DNA from: an uncultured delta proteobacterium
GTDB lineage: Bacteria > Desulfobacterota > Desulfobacteria > Desulfobacterales > UBA2156
NCBI GenBank assembly: GCA_963736855.1
Contig: CAVTQK010000009.1
Span: forward strand, 576,001-640,000
Length of the DNA: 64,000 nt
Reading direction: 5' to 3'
Both the position numbers and the translations under genes were made by a program. Positions 1-12,100 of the stretch are shown here, one piece after another (positions within the stretch are counted from its first letter, which is position 1; every line of letters begins with the position of its first letter). Below the pieces are notes generated by a model that saw nothing but the letters and a program-made list of their open reading frames with translations, was not told the DNA's origin and did not search any database.

Positions 1-437
1 ACGAGTTTCCGGAAAACGTCTCTTTGGTGGACGGGGGGGTGCTCGGATTGAATCTATTGGGCGTGATTTCCGAGGCGGATCATCTGATCGTAGTGGATGC
101 TATCCGGAACCACGGAAGACCGGGAACCCGCTACCGCCTGGAAGGAAAAGCCATCCCGGAACGGGTGCGGGCGAAAAATTCTTTGCACCAGGTCGATTTC
201 CTGGAAGCCCTGACCTTATGTCAGGTCTTGGATACGAAGGTCCCGGAAACCGTGATCCTGGGTGTGGAACCGGACGACATTGAGACGGCGAGCATCGAAT
301 TAACCCCGATTGTGGCCGAACAGATTGAACCGATCCTGAAAATGGTCTTTGCCGAACTCCAACGCCTGAACGTCGCTTTTTCAAAAAGGACAAAAAATGT
401 GCCTTGCGATCCCCTCGAAAATTGTGAGTATCGATAA
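1..437 (+). CDS. Hydrogenase maturation protease (HyaD/HybD family), 5' end lies before the window
   Basis: Motifs DGG.LG, IVVDA, SLHQ, ILGVEP; directly upstream of hypC/hypF/hypD. Confidence 0.9.
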   Translation, partial: EFPENVSLVDGGVLGLNLLGVISEADHLIVVDAIRNHGRPGTRYRLEGKAIPERVRAKNSLHQVDFLEALTLCQVLDTKVPETVILGVEPDDIETASIELTPIVAEQIEPILKMVFAELQRLNVAFSKRTKNVPCDPLENCEYR

Positions 438-636
438 TGAGATGGCGGTCCTGGATGTGGACGGTGTCAAAAGAAATGCAAGTCTTTTGCTTTTAGAAGA
501 CGCCCAAGTAGGGGATTATGTCATCGTGCATGCCGGGTTTGCCATTCAAAAGATCGACGAACAGGCCGCCCGCGAGACAGTGGAACTCTTGCGGGAATCG
601 CTTGCCCGCATCGAGCAGGATAAAAGCGGGGCATGA
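397..636 (+). CDS. hypC: Hydrogenase assembly chaperone HypC
   Basis: N-terminal MCLAIP and VGDYVIVHAGFAI signature. Confidence 0.97.
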   Translation: MCLAIPSKIVSIDNEMAVLDVDGVKRNASLLLLEDAQVGDYVIVHAGFAIQKIDEQAARETVELLRESLARIEQDKSGA

Positions 637-666
637 GGCCCCGGCCTTATCCCGGAAAAGAGCTTT

Positions 667-2946
667 ATGGAAAACGAGCGTCTGGCCCGGGATGTCATCG
701 TAGAAGGGATCGTCCAGGGGGTCGGATTCAGGCCCTTTGTGTTCCAGCTGGCCAAGCGCCTGGAACTTTACGGTGAGGTTGCCAACACTGCAGATGGAGT
801 GGCCATCCATCTGGAAGGCACATCCGAAGCCATCCGGACATTTGTCAAGGATCTTGCCGAAAAGAGCCCTCCGCTTTCGTATATCACCGGCATTTCCGTT
901 TCAGAAGGAAAATTAAACGGTTTTACATCCTTTGGCATTACGCCCAGCCGCCCTGATATCCACAAGTCGACGCTGATTTCACCCGATGCGGCGATTTGTG
1001 ATGCATGCCTGAAGGAGCTCTTCACACCCGAAGACCGGCGATATCTTTATCCGTTTATCAACTGCACGCATTGCGGCCCCCGATACACCATCATCGACGA
1101 TATTCCCTATGACCGGCCGAACACCTCCATGAAGCATTTCGTCATGTGTGAAAAGTGCCGGGCCGAATACGACGATCCGACCGACCGACGATTCCATGCA
1201 CAACCCAATGCCTGTCCGGCCTGCGGCCCTCATGTTTTTTTGCACGATGCGAAAGGCTCCCGAATCCTTTCGGCCGATCCGATCCGGGAGGCGATTTTGC
1301 TTTTAAAGCAGGGGCACATTGTGGCGGTGAAGGGCCTGGGAGGATTTCATCTGGCGGTGGATGCCACCCGATCCGATGCGGTGATACGCCTGAGAAAGCG
1401 GAAAGGACGTGAAGAAAAGCCTTTTGCAGTGATGTCCATGGACCTGGAAAAGATTTCAACCTATGCTGAGGTTTCGCCTGAGGAGCATCAACTTCTGACT
1501 TCTTCCCAACGACCGATTGTTTTGCTGAAAAAACGGGAGCCGCATCCATTGGCCGAAGCGGTTTCCCCGGAGAACGCCTATTTTGGTGTCATGCTTCCCT
1601 ACACCCCTCTCCATTACCTGTTACTCGACTCCGGTTTTCTAGCGTTGGTCATGACGAGCGGCAACTTGAGCGAAGAGCCCATCGCCATCGACAATCTGGA
1701 AGCCTTCGAACGCCTCGGCGGGATCGCCGATTATTTTCTTGTCCACAACCGGGATATCTATTTGCGCAGCGATGATTCCATCGTGAGACACGCCGCTGAT
1801 GCCACCCGGATACTGCGACGCTCCCGGGGATTTGTCCCCAGGCCGGTCTTCCTCAGGGACCGGCAGCCCCAGGTGCTGGCCTGCGGCGCCGAGTTAAAAG
1901 TCACCGCCTGTCTCACCAAAGGAAACCAGGCATTTTTAAGCCAGCACATCGGGGACATGGAAAATCCGACAACTTACGCGTTTTTCAAGCAGACGGTGTC
2001 GCACCTGGAACGCATCCTGGACATCCATCCCGAAATCGTCGCCTACGATCTGCATCCGGATTACCTGAGTACCCGGTATGCCCTCGAAGAACGAGAATCC
2101 CAAAGCCGGATCGCCGTGCAGCATCATCATGCCCATATCGTCAGCTGCATGGCCGAAAACCGGATCGACGGTCCGGTCATCGGGCTGGCCTTTGATGGGA
2201 CCGGATACGGTACAGACGGTACCATCTGGGGCGGAGAAGTCCTTTTGGCAGACGAAAAGGCCTTTCAGCGATTGGCATTCCTGGACCCTGTTCCCATGCC
2301 TGGCGGGGAAGCGGCCATCCGGGAGCCCTGGCGGATGGCGGTAAGCTATATTGTGGAAGCCTTCGGGACGGATTTTCCCATTCAAGAGATTCCGGCTCTT
2401 AGATCCCTGGAACCCAAGGCGATGCGGACGGTTCTGCAGATGATCCAAAAACGGGTCCGGTGCCCCATGACCTCCAGTTTGGGAAGACTTTTCGACGGTG
2501 TGGCCTATATTCTGGGTTTAAAACAAACGGTACGTTTCGAAGGACAGGCGGCGATGGCTTTGGAGATGGCGGCCAAGGAGGGGGTAAAGGAGTTTTATGA
2601 TTGCCGGTGTATGGCGGAAATTCCCATCAAGGTACCCACCGGACCGATCATCGAAGGGGTTGTTAGGGATCTGCGGGATGGAGTTCCGACCGAGGTCATC
2701 AGCGGGAAATTTCACTCCACGGTGATTGAGTTCTTTTCTAGGGTGTGTGACGCCGTTGCCACACAAACCGGGGTGCGGCGTGTGGCCCTCAGCGGAGGCG
2801 TTTTCCAGAACGCCATCCTCCTGGAAGGTTTCATCACTTCCCTGTCCCGGCGTGGGTTTGAAGTCTATACCCACTCCCAGGTTCCGACAAACGATGGGGG
2901 TATCGCCCTGGGCCAAGCCGTGGTGGCCGCAGCCTCGGTGTCATGA
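667..2946 (+). CDS. hypF: Carbamoyltransferase HypF
   Basis: Acylphosphatase G.VQGVGFRPFV, Zn fingers (CDAC..CTHCGPR, CEKC..CPACGP), HHHAH, PTNDGGIALGQ. Confidence 0.97.
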   Translation: MENERLARDVIVEGIVQGVGFRPFVFQLAKRLELYGEVANTADGVAIHLEGTSEAIRTFVKDLAEKSPPLSYITGISVSEGKLNGFTSFGITPSRPDIHKSTLISPDAAICDACLKELFTPEDRRYLYPFINCTHCGPRYTIIDDIPYDRPNTSMKHFVMCEKCRAEYDDPTDRRFHAQPNACPACGPHVFLHDAKGSRILSADPIREAILLLKQGHIVAVKGLGGFHLAVDATRSDAVIRLRKRKGREEKPFAVMSMDLEKISTYAEVSPEEHQLLTSSQRPIVLLKKREPHPLAEAVSPENAYFGVMLPYTPLHYLLLDSGFLALVMTSGNLSEEPIAIDNLEAFERLGGIADYFLVHNRDIYLRSDDSIVRHAADATRILRRSRGFVPRPVFLRDRQPQVLACGAELKVTACLTKGNQAFLSQHIGDMENPTTYAFFKQTVSHLERILDIHPEIVAYDLHPDYLSTRYALEERESQSRIAVQHHHAHIVSCMAENRIDGPVIGLAFDGTGYGTDGTIWGGEVLLADEKAFQRLAFLDPVPMPGGEAAIREPWRMAVSYIVEAFGTDFPIQEIPALRSLEPKAMRTVLQMIQKRVRCPMTSSLGRLFDGVAYILGLKQTVRFEGQAAMALEMAAKEGVKEFYDCRCMAEIPIKVPTGPIIEGVVRDLRDGVPTEVISGKFHSTVIEFFSRVCDAVATQTGVRRVALSGGVFQNAILLEGFITSLSRRGFEVYTHSQVPTNDGGIALGQAVVAAASVS

Positions 2947-2959
2947 AACGGAGCAGGCG

Positions 2960-4054
2960 ATGATGCACGTGAATGGTAGAAATGCCTTCGAAAGTGCGGA
3001 TCTGGCCGCAAAACTGGCCGGGCAGATCTTCCGGGAGAGTAAGCGACGCGTCAACCTAATGGAGGTCTGCGGGACCCACACCATGTCCATATTCAGATCC
3101 GGAATCCGTTCGCTTCTCCCGGAATCCATCCGTTTGATATCAGGCCCGGGGTGCCCGGTCTGTGTGACCGACCAGAAAGAGATCGACACCTTTATGGCTC
3201 TGACACAAATCGACGATGTCATCATCACCACCTTCGGGGATCTGGTCCGGGTTCCAGGGACACAAACCTCTCTGCAGGAGGAGCGGGCAAAAGGGAGGGA
3301 TATCCGGGTGGTCTATTCCACGATGGACGCTCTTGAGATCGCCGTGAAAAACCCGTTTAAAAATGTGGTGTTCCTGGGAGTCGGGTTCGAGACGACGGCA
3401 CCGACGGTTGCCGCTGCGATCCTGGCCGCTGAAAAACAAAAGACGGAAAATTTTTTTGTGGTCTCCGCCCACAAACTGGTGCCCCCCGCCCTGGAAACGC
3501 TTCTTGCATCCGGCACCGTCAAGATCGACGGATTCATCCTGCCGGGGCACGTATCGGTCATCATCGGCAAGAAAGCCTATTTCCACGTGGTTCAGGAACA
3601 CCGGATTCCCAGTGTCATCTGTGGATTTGAGCCGACGGATATCCTCCAGGGGATCCTCATGCTGGTGCGCCAGGTGGAAGCCGGCAAGGCTGAACTCGAA
3701 AACGCCTATACCCGCGTGGTGACCGATGATGGGAATCCCAAGGCCGTTGGGATTCTCCGAGAGGTCTTTGAAACAACGGACGCTCCTTGGCGGGGTATCG
3801 GCATCATCCCGAAAAGCGGGCTTCGGATCCGGAAGGGCTTCGCTCGGTTTGATGCCCAAAAAGCGTTTTCGGTGATGGTCCCCGAATCGAAGCCCCCCAA
3901 AGGGTGCGCCTGCGGCGCAGTCTTGACGGGTGTCCTTACTCCGCCGCAGTGCCCTCTCTTTCGTAAGGTTTGCACCCCGGAGGATCCGGTGGGGCCGTGC
4001 ATGGTTTCCAGCGAAGGGACCTGTGCGGCCTATTATCGGTATCATTTTGATTAG
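2960..4054 (+). CDS. hypD: Hydrogenase maturation protein HypD
   Basis: MEVCGTHT, GPGCPVCVT, GFETT, PGHVS, GPCMVSSEGTCAAYY; start moved to ATG at 2960 after the hypF stop. Confidence 0.96.
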   Translation: MMHVNGRNAFESADLAAKLAGQIFRESKRRVNLMEVCGTHTMSIFRSGIRSLLPESIRLISGPGCPVCVTDQKEIDTFMALTQIDDVIITTFGDLVRVPGTQTSLQEERAKGRDIRVVYSTMDALEIAVKNPFKNVVFLGVGFETTAPTVAAAILAAEKQKTENFFVVSAHKLVPPALETLLASGTVKIDGFILPGHVSVIIGKKAYFHVVQEHRIPSVICGFEPTDILQGILMLVRQVEAGKAELENAYTRVVTDDGNPKAVGILREVFETTDAPWRGIGIIPKSGLRIRKGFARFDAQKAFSVMVPESKPPKGCACGAVLTGVLTPPQCPLFRKVCTPEDPVGPCMVSSEGTCAAYYRYHFD

Positions 4055-4067
4055 GCGGGACAATGTC

Positions 4068-4697
4068 ATGGAAAAACCCATCTCCTTTGTTTCCACCGGA
4101 TTTGAGATCGAGGGACTGCTGGAGATATTTCCTGGAATGCGGGGTGTCGTCGTCACCCATCCGCATCCTTTATACGGCGGAGAGATGCGAAACGCTGTCG
4201 TGGAGGCGATGCGCCGCGCCTATGCCGAAAGCGGCTTTTCAACCTTGAGGTTCAACTTCCGCGGTGTCGGAAAGAGCCAGGGCCGCCATAACCAGGGTTT
4301 CGGAGAGCAAGACGACATGAGGGCAGCTGTTGCTTATCTGCGGGATATGGGCATCAAACTTGTCCATCTGTGCGGATATTCCTTCGGTGCGTGGGTTAGC
4401 GCTAGGGCGGTGATGTCGGGGCTTTCCATTGAAACCATGGTCATGGTCTCACCCCCGGTGGCGTTTATGGATTTTGAAGGGATGACCGGCATTGACGCTC
4501 TTCAGTGGGTTCTTGTCGGGGACCGGGACGAGATTGCCCCAATCTCCCGCATTCGGGAGATGATTCCCTCGTGGAACCCCAACGCTGGACTAGAAATCAT
4601 TCCCGGCGCCGATCACTTCTTTTCCGGGCAGATGAAAACCCTCGAATCGACATTGCAGCGATGTCTTGAAATCTATTTCCCGCCTTCTATTCTCTAA
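4068..4697 (+). CDS. Alpha/beta fold hydrolase
   Basis: HPHPLYGG, LRFNFRGVG, nucleophile elbow GYSFG, GDRD, GADHFF. Confidence 0.9.
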   Translation: MEKPISFVSTGFEIEGLLEIFPGMRGVVVTHPHPLYGGEMRNAVVEAMRRAYAESGFSTLRFNFRGVGKSQGRHNQGFGEQDDMRAAVAYLRDMGIKLVHLCGYSFGAWVSARAVMSGLSIETMVMVSPPVAFMDFEGMTGIDALQWVLVGDRDEIAPISRIREMIPSWNPNAGLEIIPGADHFFSGQMKTLESTLQRCLEIYFPPSIL

Positions 4698-4724
4698 AGG
4701 AAATATTTCGGGAAAAGAACTCAC
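4518..4724 (+). repeat. Left (intact) copy of a diverged ~200-bp direct repeat: 3' end of the hydrolase gene plus downstream bases
   Basis: Aligns by eye to 18786-18993 (shared gacgagattgcc, ccctcgtggaacccca, gatcacttcttttccgggcagatgaaa, ctaaaggaaat). Confidence 0.9.
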
Positions 4725-4933
4725 AAAACGTTTTCAAGACTCTGATTGAACACCCGACATTCAAATGACTTTACACTCACCGTTGCATCATTCAGATAAC
4801 ACAACAATTGCATGTTCCCATATCTTGGGTTGAAGATGTTGGAAAGATACAATTCATCCTTTTAATGAGACCTTGCCCATTGAACTTGAAAAAGCTCCTT
4901 GTCCTTTGAAGACCCTCTGGAGGACAATGGATA

Positions 4934-7374
4934 TTACTTTTTTTCCAGCAGCGCCATGGCCTGAGCAATCTCCTTTTGCGTAACGGTTTTACGCAATTGC
5001 TCCACGCGGGTCATGACTTCGGCAAAGCGCATGCCTTCGGCGGCGCTGATCCACTCCAGCTGCAGCCGCTCGGGGCGCAGGCCGCGCTTTTCCATCTTCT
5101 TGCGCATCTTGCTCCACGCGCTTGTCGGTCCAGTGGTTGGCATTGATGTAGTGGCAGTCGCCGATATGGCAGCCGCTGACCAGGATCACCGGCGCGCCCT
5201 TTTTGAAAGCCGTGCCAGATGAAATTCTTCGTCCACCCGGCCCGAGCACATGGTGCGGATCAGGCGGACATTGGGCGGGTACTGCAGCCGCGAAACACCG
5301 GCATAGTCCGCGCCGGCATATGAACACCAGTTGCAGGCAAAGGTGAGAATCTTGTCCGGCGGGTTGTTCGCCAGCATGGCGTCGATCTGCTCGTAGATCT
5401 GGGCGTCGGTGAAATGGTTCATGGTGATGGCGCCGAAGGGGCACTCGGCTGCGCAGGTGCCGCAGCCGGCTGCAGGCGGCCGTGGCCACCTGGGCCGGGA
5501 TCTTCTTCTTGGGGTCCACGGTGATGGCGTTGTAGGGGCACACCTCGGCGCACTTGCCGCAGGCCTTGCACAGCTTCGGATGACCTCGGAGGTGATGGCT
5601 TCGGCCGTGATCTGGTCGGCCTGCATCAGGCGGATGGCGCGCACCGCCGCGGCCGAGGCCTGGGTGACGCTCTCCTTGATGTCCTTGGGCCCTTCGGCGC
5701 AGCCGGCATAGAATACGCCGCGCGTGGCGGCATCCACGGGCTGCAGCTTGGGATGGGCTTCCAGGAAAAAACCGTCGGAGGTCAACTGCAACCCGAGCAT
5801 CTCCTGCAGCTTCTGGGTGTCGGGGGCCGGTTCGATGCCGATGGCCAGCACCAGCATATCCAGCTCGTAGTATTCAGAGCGCCGCTGGCCGATGTTCTCC
5901 ACGGCCACGCGCAGGCTGCCGTCGGGCAGCTCTTCCACATGGCCCGGCAACCCGCGCACATAGTGCACGCCCAGGCGCCGGCTGCGGGTGTAGAGATCTT
6001 CGAACCCTTTGCCGAAGGCGCGGATGTCGATGTAGAAGACCTTGACCTCCATATCCGGGTAGTGCTCCTTGAGCACCAGGGTGCTTTTGATGGTGTTCAT
6101 GCAGCAGACGTTGGAGCAGTAGGACTTGCCGCGCCGGGCCGAGCGGGAGCCCACGCATTGGATGAATCCGATGGATTTGGGCGGCTTGCGGTCCGTGGGG
6201 CGCAGCAGATGGCCCTGGGTGGGGCCGCCGGCATTGACCAGACGTTCGAACTCCAGGCTGGTGAGCACGTTTTCAAAGCGGGTGTAACCGTATTCGTCCA
6301 GAATGCGCGGATCATGGGGCGCAAGGCCGGTGGCCACCACGATGGTGCCCACCGCTCGGTCAAGGTCTGATCGGACATGTGAAAATCGATGCACTTCTTC
6401 TCGCAGGCTTCCAGACATTTGCTGCACACCGCGGGATTGTGGCCCAGGCACTCGTGGGGATTGATCACATAGGCCGACGGCACGGCCTGGGGAAAGGGCG
6501 AGTAAATAGCGCGCCGCGAGGAGAGGCCCAGGTTGAACTCGTCGGGCCGCACCACCGGGCATACCTTGGCGCATTCGCCGCAGGCGGTGCACTCCTTTTC
6601 ATCGACATAGCGGGCCTTTTTGACGATCTGAACGTCGAAGTTGCCCACATAGCCTTTGACATCCACCACTTCGCTCATGGTGTGAATCTTGATCCGGGGA
6701 TGCCGACCGGCATCCGTCATCTTCGGACCCAGGATTCAGATGGAGCAGTCCATGGTGGGAAAGGTCTTGTCCAGCTGGGCCATGACGCCGCCGATGGAGG
6801 GCTGCTTTTCCACCAGCACCACTTCATAGCCGTTGTCGGCCATGTCCAGGGCCGACTGGATGCCGGCGACGCCGCCGCCGATCACCAGGGCGCGCTGGGT
6901 CATGGGCATCTTGGCCTCGGTCAGCGGCTTGCAGGCGGCGCACACGGGCAACGGCCATCTTCACCAGATCCAGGGCCTTGACGGTGGCGGCCTGCGGTTC
7001 CTTCATGTGGACCCAGCTGCACTGCTCGCGCAGGTTGGCCATCTCCAGCAGATAGGGATTGAGGCCGGCGGCTGACCAGCATCTGGCGAAAGGTGGGCTC
7101 GTGCAGCCGCGGCGAGCAGGAAGCCGATCACGATGCGGTTCAGACCGTTGGTTTCAATGTCTTCGCGGATTTCGCGCTGGCCCGGTTCGCTGCACGCATA
7201 GCCGATGCCCTTGGCCACGACCACATCGGGCAGACTGGGCCGCCTGCGGCCGCTACGCCGTCGCAATCCACGGTCTGGGCGATGTTCAGGCCGCAGTGGC
7301 ACACATAGACGCCGATGCGGGGCTCGTTCGCTGGAGGCTGCGCCGGGTTTGATAGAAGTAATTGGCAGTGTCAT
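4934..7374 (-). CDS. hdrA: Selenocysteine-containing heterodisulfide reductase subunit A-like protein with fused C-terminal MvhD/FlpD domain (about ten frameshifts in this sequence)
   Basis: Pieces across frames: [78 protein letters not shown], then Mvh[26 protein letters not shown]. Confidence 0.9.
6690..6738 (-). promoter_or_regulatory. In-frame UGA (Sec) at 6738-6736 followed by a bacterial SECIS-like hairpin
   Basis: Minus strand TGA-ATCCTGGGTCCGAAGATGAC-GGATGCC-GGTC-GGCATCC-CCGGAT: 7-bp perfect stem with a G-initiated GGUC loop 27 nt after the UGA; UGA sits at a conserved HdrA Cys/Sec position; selB is in the window. Confidence 0.85.
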
Positions 7375-7527
7375 GGTGCGTTCCTTTTTAAAATTATCCA
7401 CTATTTTTCGTGGATCTTCTTTTTCTAAATTCTAAATTCGAATTTCGACACTCAAAACAGATAAGAAATCCGAATGATTCAATGCTCAAAACGCGAACAG
7501 AAAATAATCAGCCTGTCCCTCTCTTCT

Positions 7528-9121
7528 TCATGCCCAATAAATGCTTTTCGCGATAACACTGGTCAAATCCATCATCTCCATCTTCAGCGCCTTGCCCTTG
7601 CATCGGCATCTTCCATGGCGCAGCGCAGGTGGATCTGGCATTTGGGACAGGCGGTGATCATGGATCCGCCGCCGGTTTCGCGTGGCGCGTTCAGGCGCTG
7701 GACCTGCATGCTTTTGCTGAAGGCATCGCAGCCGATCCAGGCGCTGTTGCCGCAGCAGACGCTGGCCGCGTCGCTGTCCGCCAGCAGTTGGGGGTCGGTC
7801 CGCGCACAGACTGCTTGAGCAGTTTGCGCGGCAAGGCGGCCTGGCCGTTGAAACGGCTCTGGCGGCAGGCATCCTGAAACGTGACCGTGCGTCTCCAGGG
7901 GTTTGAAGGCCACGGCGCCCTTGTCGATTTCGCGCTCCAGGTATTCGTGGATGTGGGTGACCTTGACCGGCAGTGTAATGCCGTAACGCGCATACTCCTG
8001 GCTCAAGGTGTGATAGCATTCAGGGCAGGCCGTGATTACCTCTTGGGCGCCGCTTTCCGCGATGGCCTGGGCATTGAGCCGGGCCAGGCGCATGAAATTG
8101 GCCTGGTCCCCGGACCAGAGCAGATCGTGGCCGCAGCAGCGCTCGTTTTCCAGAACAATCGGTTCCACATCGAAGAAGTTGAGCAGGCGCAGGCTGTCTT
8201 CCAAGATCTGCTGGGTGTGCACGCCCAGGAATTTGCGGAAGAAGATGTCGAAATAGGCCGCGCAACCGCCGAAGAATAGAATGGGGCTTTGCTTGCGCAC
8301 GCGGATGTTATCGGGCAAATGCAGCCAGCGCCGGGGTACAAGGCTCTCGGCGGTCATGGCGCGCATGATGCTTTGAAAGAATCCGCCGTGCGCCGGCGCA
8401 GCGGTGATCTCTCGGCTGTGGTAGTAACTGCGCATCTCCTTGATGAATTCCGGAAAGTTGACCGCCGACGGGCAGCGTTCGTAGCAGATGCCGCAGGTCA
8501 GGCAAGCATTGACCGCGGCGCGCACCTCGGGCCGGTCCGCGCGGCCGGCGATGATTTCAGCGGCAACGAAACGAGGCGAAAAAGGCTTTCCGGCCAGGGC
8601 CAGGGGGCAGGCCGACGTGCATTTGCCGCAGTCCTGGCAGGCGAAGACATCATGGGCTGCAATGATGGCTTCGGAGCTGGCCGGCACCTCGGCCGGTTCC
8701 CAGGAAGAGGCGGCTGGTACCGAAATAGGACTTATACCCATTTGGCGCACCCGCTCGGTAAAGTGCTTTGAGAAAAGCCAGCAGCTGTCCGGGCTGATCG
8801 GGCAGGAAGTTGCCCAGTTGCAGTCGCTCTTGTCCAATGCCCATCAATTCCAGGATCTGGCGCGTATCTTCGGTATTCTCGCGAGCTGCTTCGGTGCCGG
8901 TGCCGTAGCGGCAGGAACCGGGTTGGCAGCCCAGAACGATAACGCCGTCGGCGCCCATCTCAAAGGGCTTGAACAGCAGGGCCTTGGTGATGCGTCCGCT
9001 GCACGGAATGCGCACCATTTTGATTTCCAGGGGAATATCGGCGCGCTGCTCCTGCAACTGTCTGATAGGCCACGTGGGGTCCCCAGTTGCACAAAAACAG
9101 GATAATTTTGAACTCTTGCAT
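7528..9121 (-). CDS. MvhD-HdrC-HdrD-like fusion ([2Fe-2S] domain + two [4Fe-4S] + two CCG domains), frameshifted
   Basis: FLCNWGPH, RIPCSGRI, LGCQPGSCRY; CQDCGKCTSACP, CLTCGICYERCP; ERCCG..ITACPEC, VCCG..ITACPKC. Confidence 0.85.
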
Positions 9122-9125
9122 AGTA

Positions 9126-12100
9126 TCAGCTCCTGGCCGCAGGGCGCGAGCAGCTCCACCAGGGTCTGTTCCAGGTAGGCCTGGTCGCGGAAGGGGCTGT
9201 CCGCCGCATTGGACGGGCAGACCGAGATACAGTTGCCGCACCCCTTGCACAAGACATCGTCCACCACGGCGGTAAGATGCCGTTGGCACCATTGGTTTTG
9301 AGGCTCACGGCCTGGTAGGGACAGGCTTTCAGACAGCGTCCGCAACCCCGGCATAGCGCTTCATTGATCACTACTGAAAAGCCCCGGCTTTGGCGCGGTC
9401 CCCTGGGCATGGCGGCGGCGGCCAGCATGGCCGCAGCTTCGCCCTTGGAGCGCTTGGAGATTTGGATGCCGGGCGGATCGGCCAGGAAAAGACCGGAGAT
9501 GGAGGTGCTGCACGGATACATGAAAGGAATGTCCGGGACCCCCTCTTTCTGCATACGGGCCTGTACCCGCATGCCGGGCAGGTCGGCATGGGGATGGTAG
9601 ATGGCGATATTGCGCGACTTTTCACCCAGAATGACTCCACCCACGGTGAAGACCCGCTCGGCGCCGTCGCAAAGGGCATGGATCTGGAAATTGCCGATGG
9701 TGCCGCTGACCGCCGCCACAGTGGAGCCGTTAAAAGCAAAGATCGACGGGTGGTCCGGTGTCTGGCTGAGAGGATTTGTAGCTGATCCGAACAGCAACAC
9801 ATCGAAACCCGCCTGGGCCAAGGTCTGGGCGGCGCTGGTGGCGGCCTCGGTCTGGCCGATCACGGCGGTGGTGAAGTTGTAGCCCCGGGCTGGCGCGGGA
9901 AAGGGCAGCAGTTTGCGGGCTCGTCCGATGCTGCGGGTCACGATCCCTTTAAAGAGCCGCACGGCAAGAGCTTCATCCTGGACTATGTGGCGCAGCACTT
10001 CGCCCCGCACATTAACAGTTTGCACCATGGAGCGGCTGATGCCGGTGCCGTCAAAGAGGCCCCGCTTGAGACGGCTGCGCTGGTCCGTGCAGGCGCTGCA
10101 CACGAAGTTGAGCGGACAGCAGACGCACGAGGCGATCACCAGGCGGGTCAATCCTTTGTCGCGCACACTGTCCACAATGCGATGGATGCCGTCGGGAATA
10201 CAGGCCGAAACCAGCACTTCGGTGTGCACGATGTCGGGTTGCCGGTTCAGTTCATTTAAGTAGCTATCCAACTCGGCGGACCAGCCAAAGGAGTCGTTGC
10301 AGCGGCAGGCAAATACGCCGATGCGGATATTCTTGTCCAGGCTGGTCTCAGGAGGCACAAAGACCATGCCCTGGCCCTTGATGCGCATGCCATTGCGTTG
10401 TAGCAGCACCATGGCCCGGGCCGCGGCTGCATAGCCGCGCAGCATCATGGCGTAGACGTCGGGTTTGGCGCTGGGCGGGCCATAGGCCCGGATCACATCA
10501 TCGCCCTTGATCTCCGGGGCCAGGTCGCGGGTCCGCCACGATCACCACGCCCGCATTTTCGAAAGTTGTCTCCACGGTCTGGTCGTGGCGAATGGCCTGA
10601 TTGGCCGCGCAGGCCGGCACGCAGGCCAGGCACTGGGCGCAGCCACCGCACTGCAGGCAGCGCTTGGCTTCGGCTTGGGCCTGGGCTTCGTCCAGTCCCA
10701 GAGCCACTTCGGTAAAACCAGAGCGGCGCTGGTCCGGGGGAAGCTCAGGCATCCGGGTGCGCGGCTGAAACGGCAGATCCGCGGCAATGGACTCGAAATC
10801 CCGATCCAGGGGCCGGATAGCGGCAGGCCGAATCTGGCGAAAATCCTCGCCGGTAAGATCATGCATCACCTGCCAGGCGACCTTGCGTCCGTCCGCCATG
10901 GCCTGGACCACTGAGGTGGCGCCGCTGACCGCATCGCCGGCCGCGTAGATGCCTTCGCAGGGTTGTGCGGCCATGCCCATCCACGGCCAGCAGCCCCAGG
11001 TCCGTGATAGCCAGACTGTCTTGGCCGCGCATCACGCCATATGCGCCGGCCTGGCCGATGGCCACAAAAGCGCGCTCGAAATGGATCTCCTCCTTGGGAC
11101 TGTCGGGCACTATCACGGGCCAGCAAATACCCTTGGCATCCGCCGGCACCCGGCTGGGTGGCCCGCACCAGCAGCCCTTGCAGCACGCCGTTGGCGCCTT
11201 GAAACCCCACTACCTGGCGCCGGTCCAGGATGGTGATGCCCTCGGCCAGGGCGGCCTCGACTTCGTCCGCATCCGCTGGGATTTCGCTTTGGGCAAACCA
11301 GGATATGATGGTCACGGCCGCTCCCAGGCGGCGCAATACGCGGGCCAGATCTAAGGCCGCATTGCCGTCGCCTATGACCGCCACTTGACCGCTCTGCTCG
11401 TGCGCCTCACCGCGATAAAACCGGTTTAAAAAGGCCACGCACCCCTCGACACCGGCCAGGGTCTCGCCCTCGACCCCCAACCGCCGGTCAGCCCACGAAC
11501 CCGTGGTAACAATCACGGCCTGGTGGTTCTTGCGTAGTTCAGCCAGCCCCTGGGGCAAGGCCACGGCATGGTTGGTGACGATTTTAACGCCCTCGGCCTG
11601 GATGGCGGTGATTTCAGCATCCAGTATATCCCGGGGCAGCCGGTGGGGACCGATGCCGTAGCGCAGCAAGCCGCCGACCTCGCTCTCTTTTTCAAAGATC
11701 GTCACCCCAAATCCCTGGCGTGCCAGGTCAGCCGCGGCCGCCAAACCAGCAGGACCCGAGCCGATCACGGCAATGCGCTCGGCGCGAGCAGGCGGGTCAT
11801 TGGCCAGCCGAGGGGTTTTGAGGGCCGCGGCTTGGTCGGCTACAAAGCGTTTAATGTCGCGGATGGCCAAGGCCTCATCTTTTTCACCGCGCCGGCAGGC
11901 GGCCTCGCAGGGATGGGTGCAGATGCGGCCGCACACCGCGGGCAGCACATTGTTCCTGCCGGATCAGATCCAGGGCCTCTGAATAGCGGCCGGCCGCGGT
12001 CAGGGCCATATAGCCTTGCACATTGACGCCCAAGGGGCAGTTGGCCTGGCACAAGGGCTCGCGCCGTTTGTCGATAACGGCCCGGCCCGGCAAGGCCATG

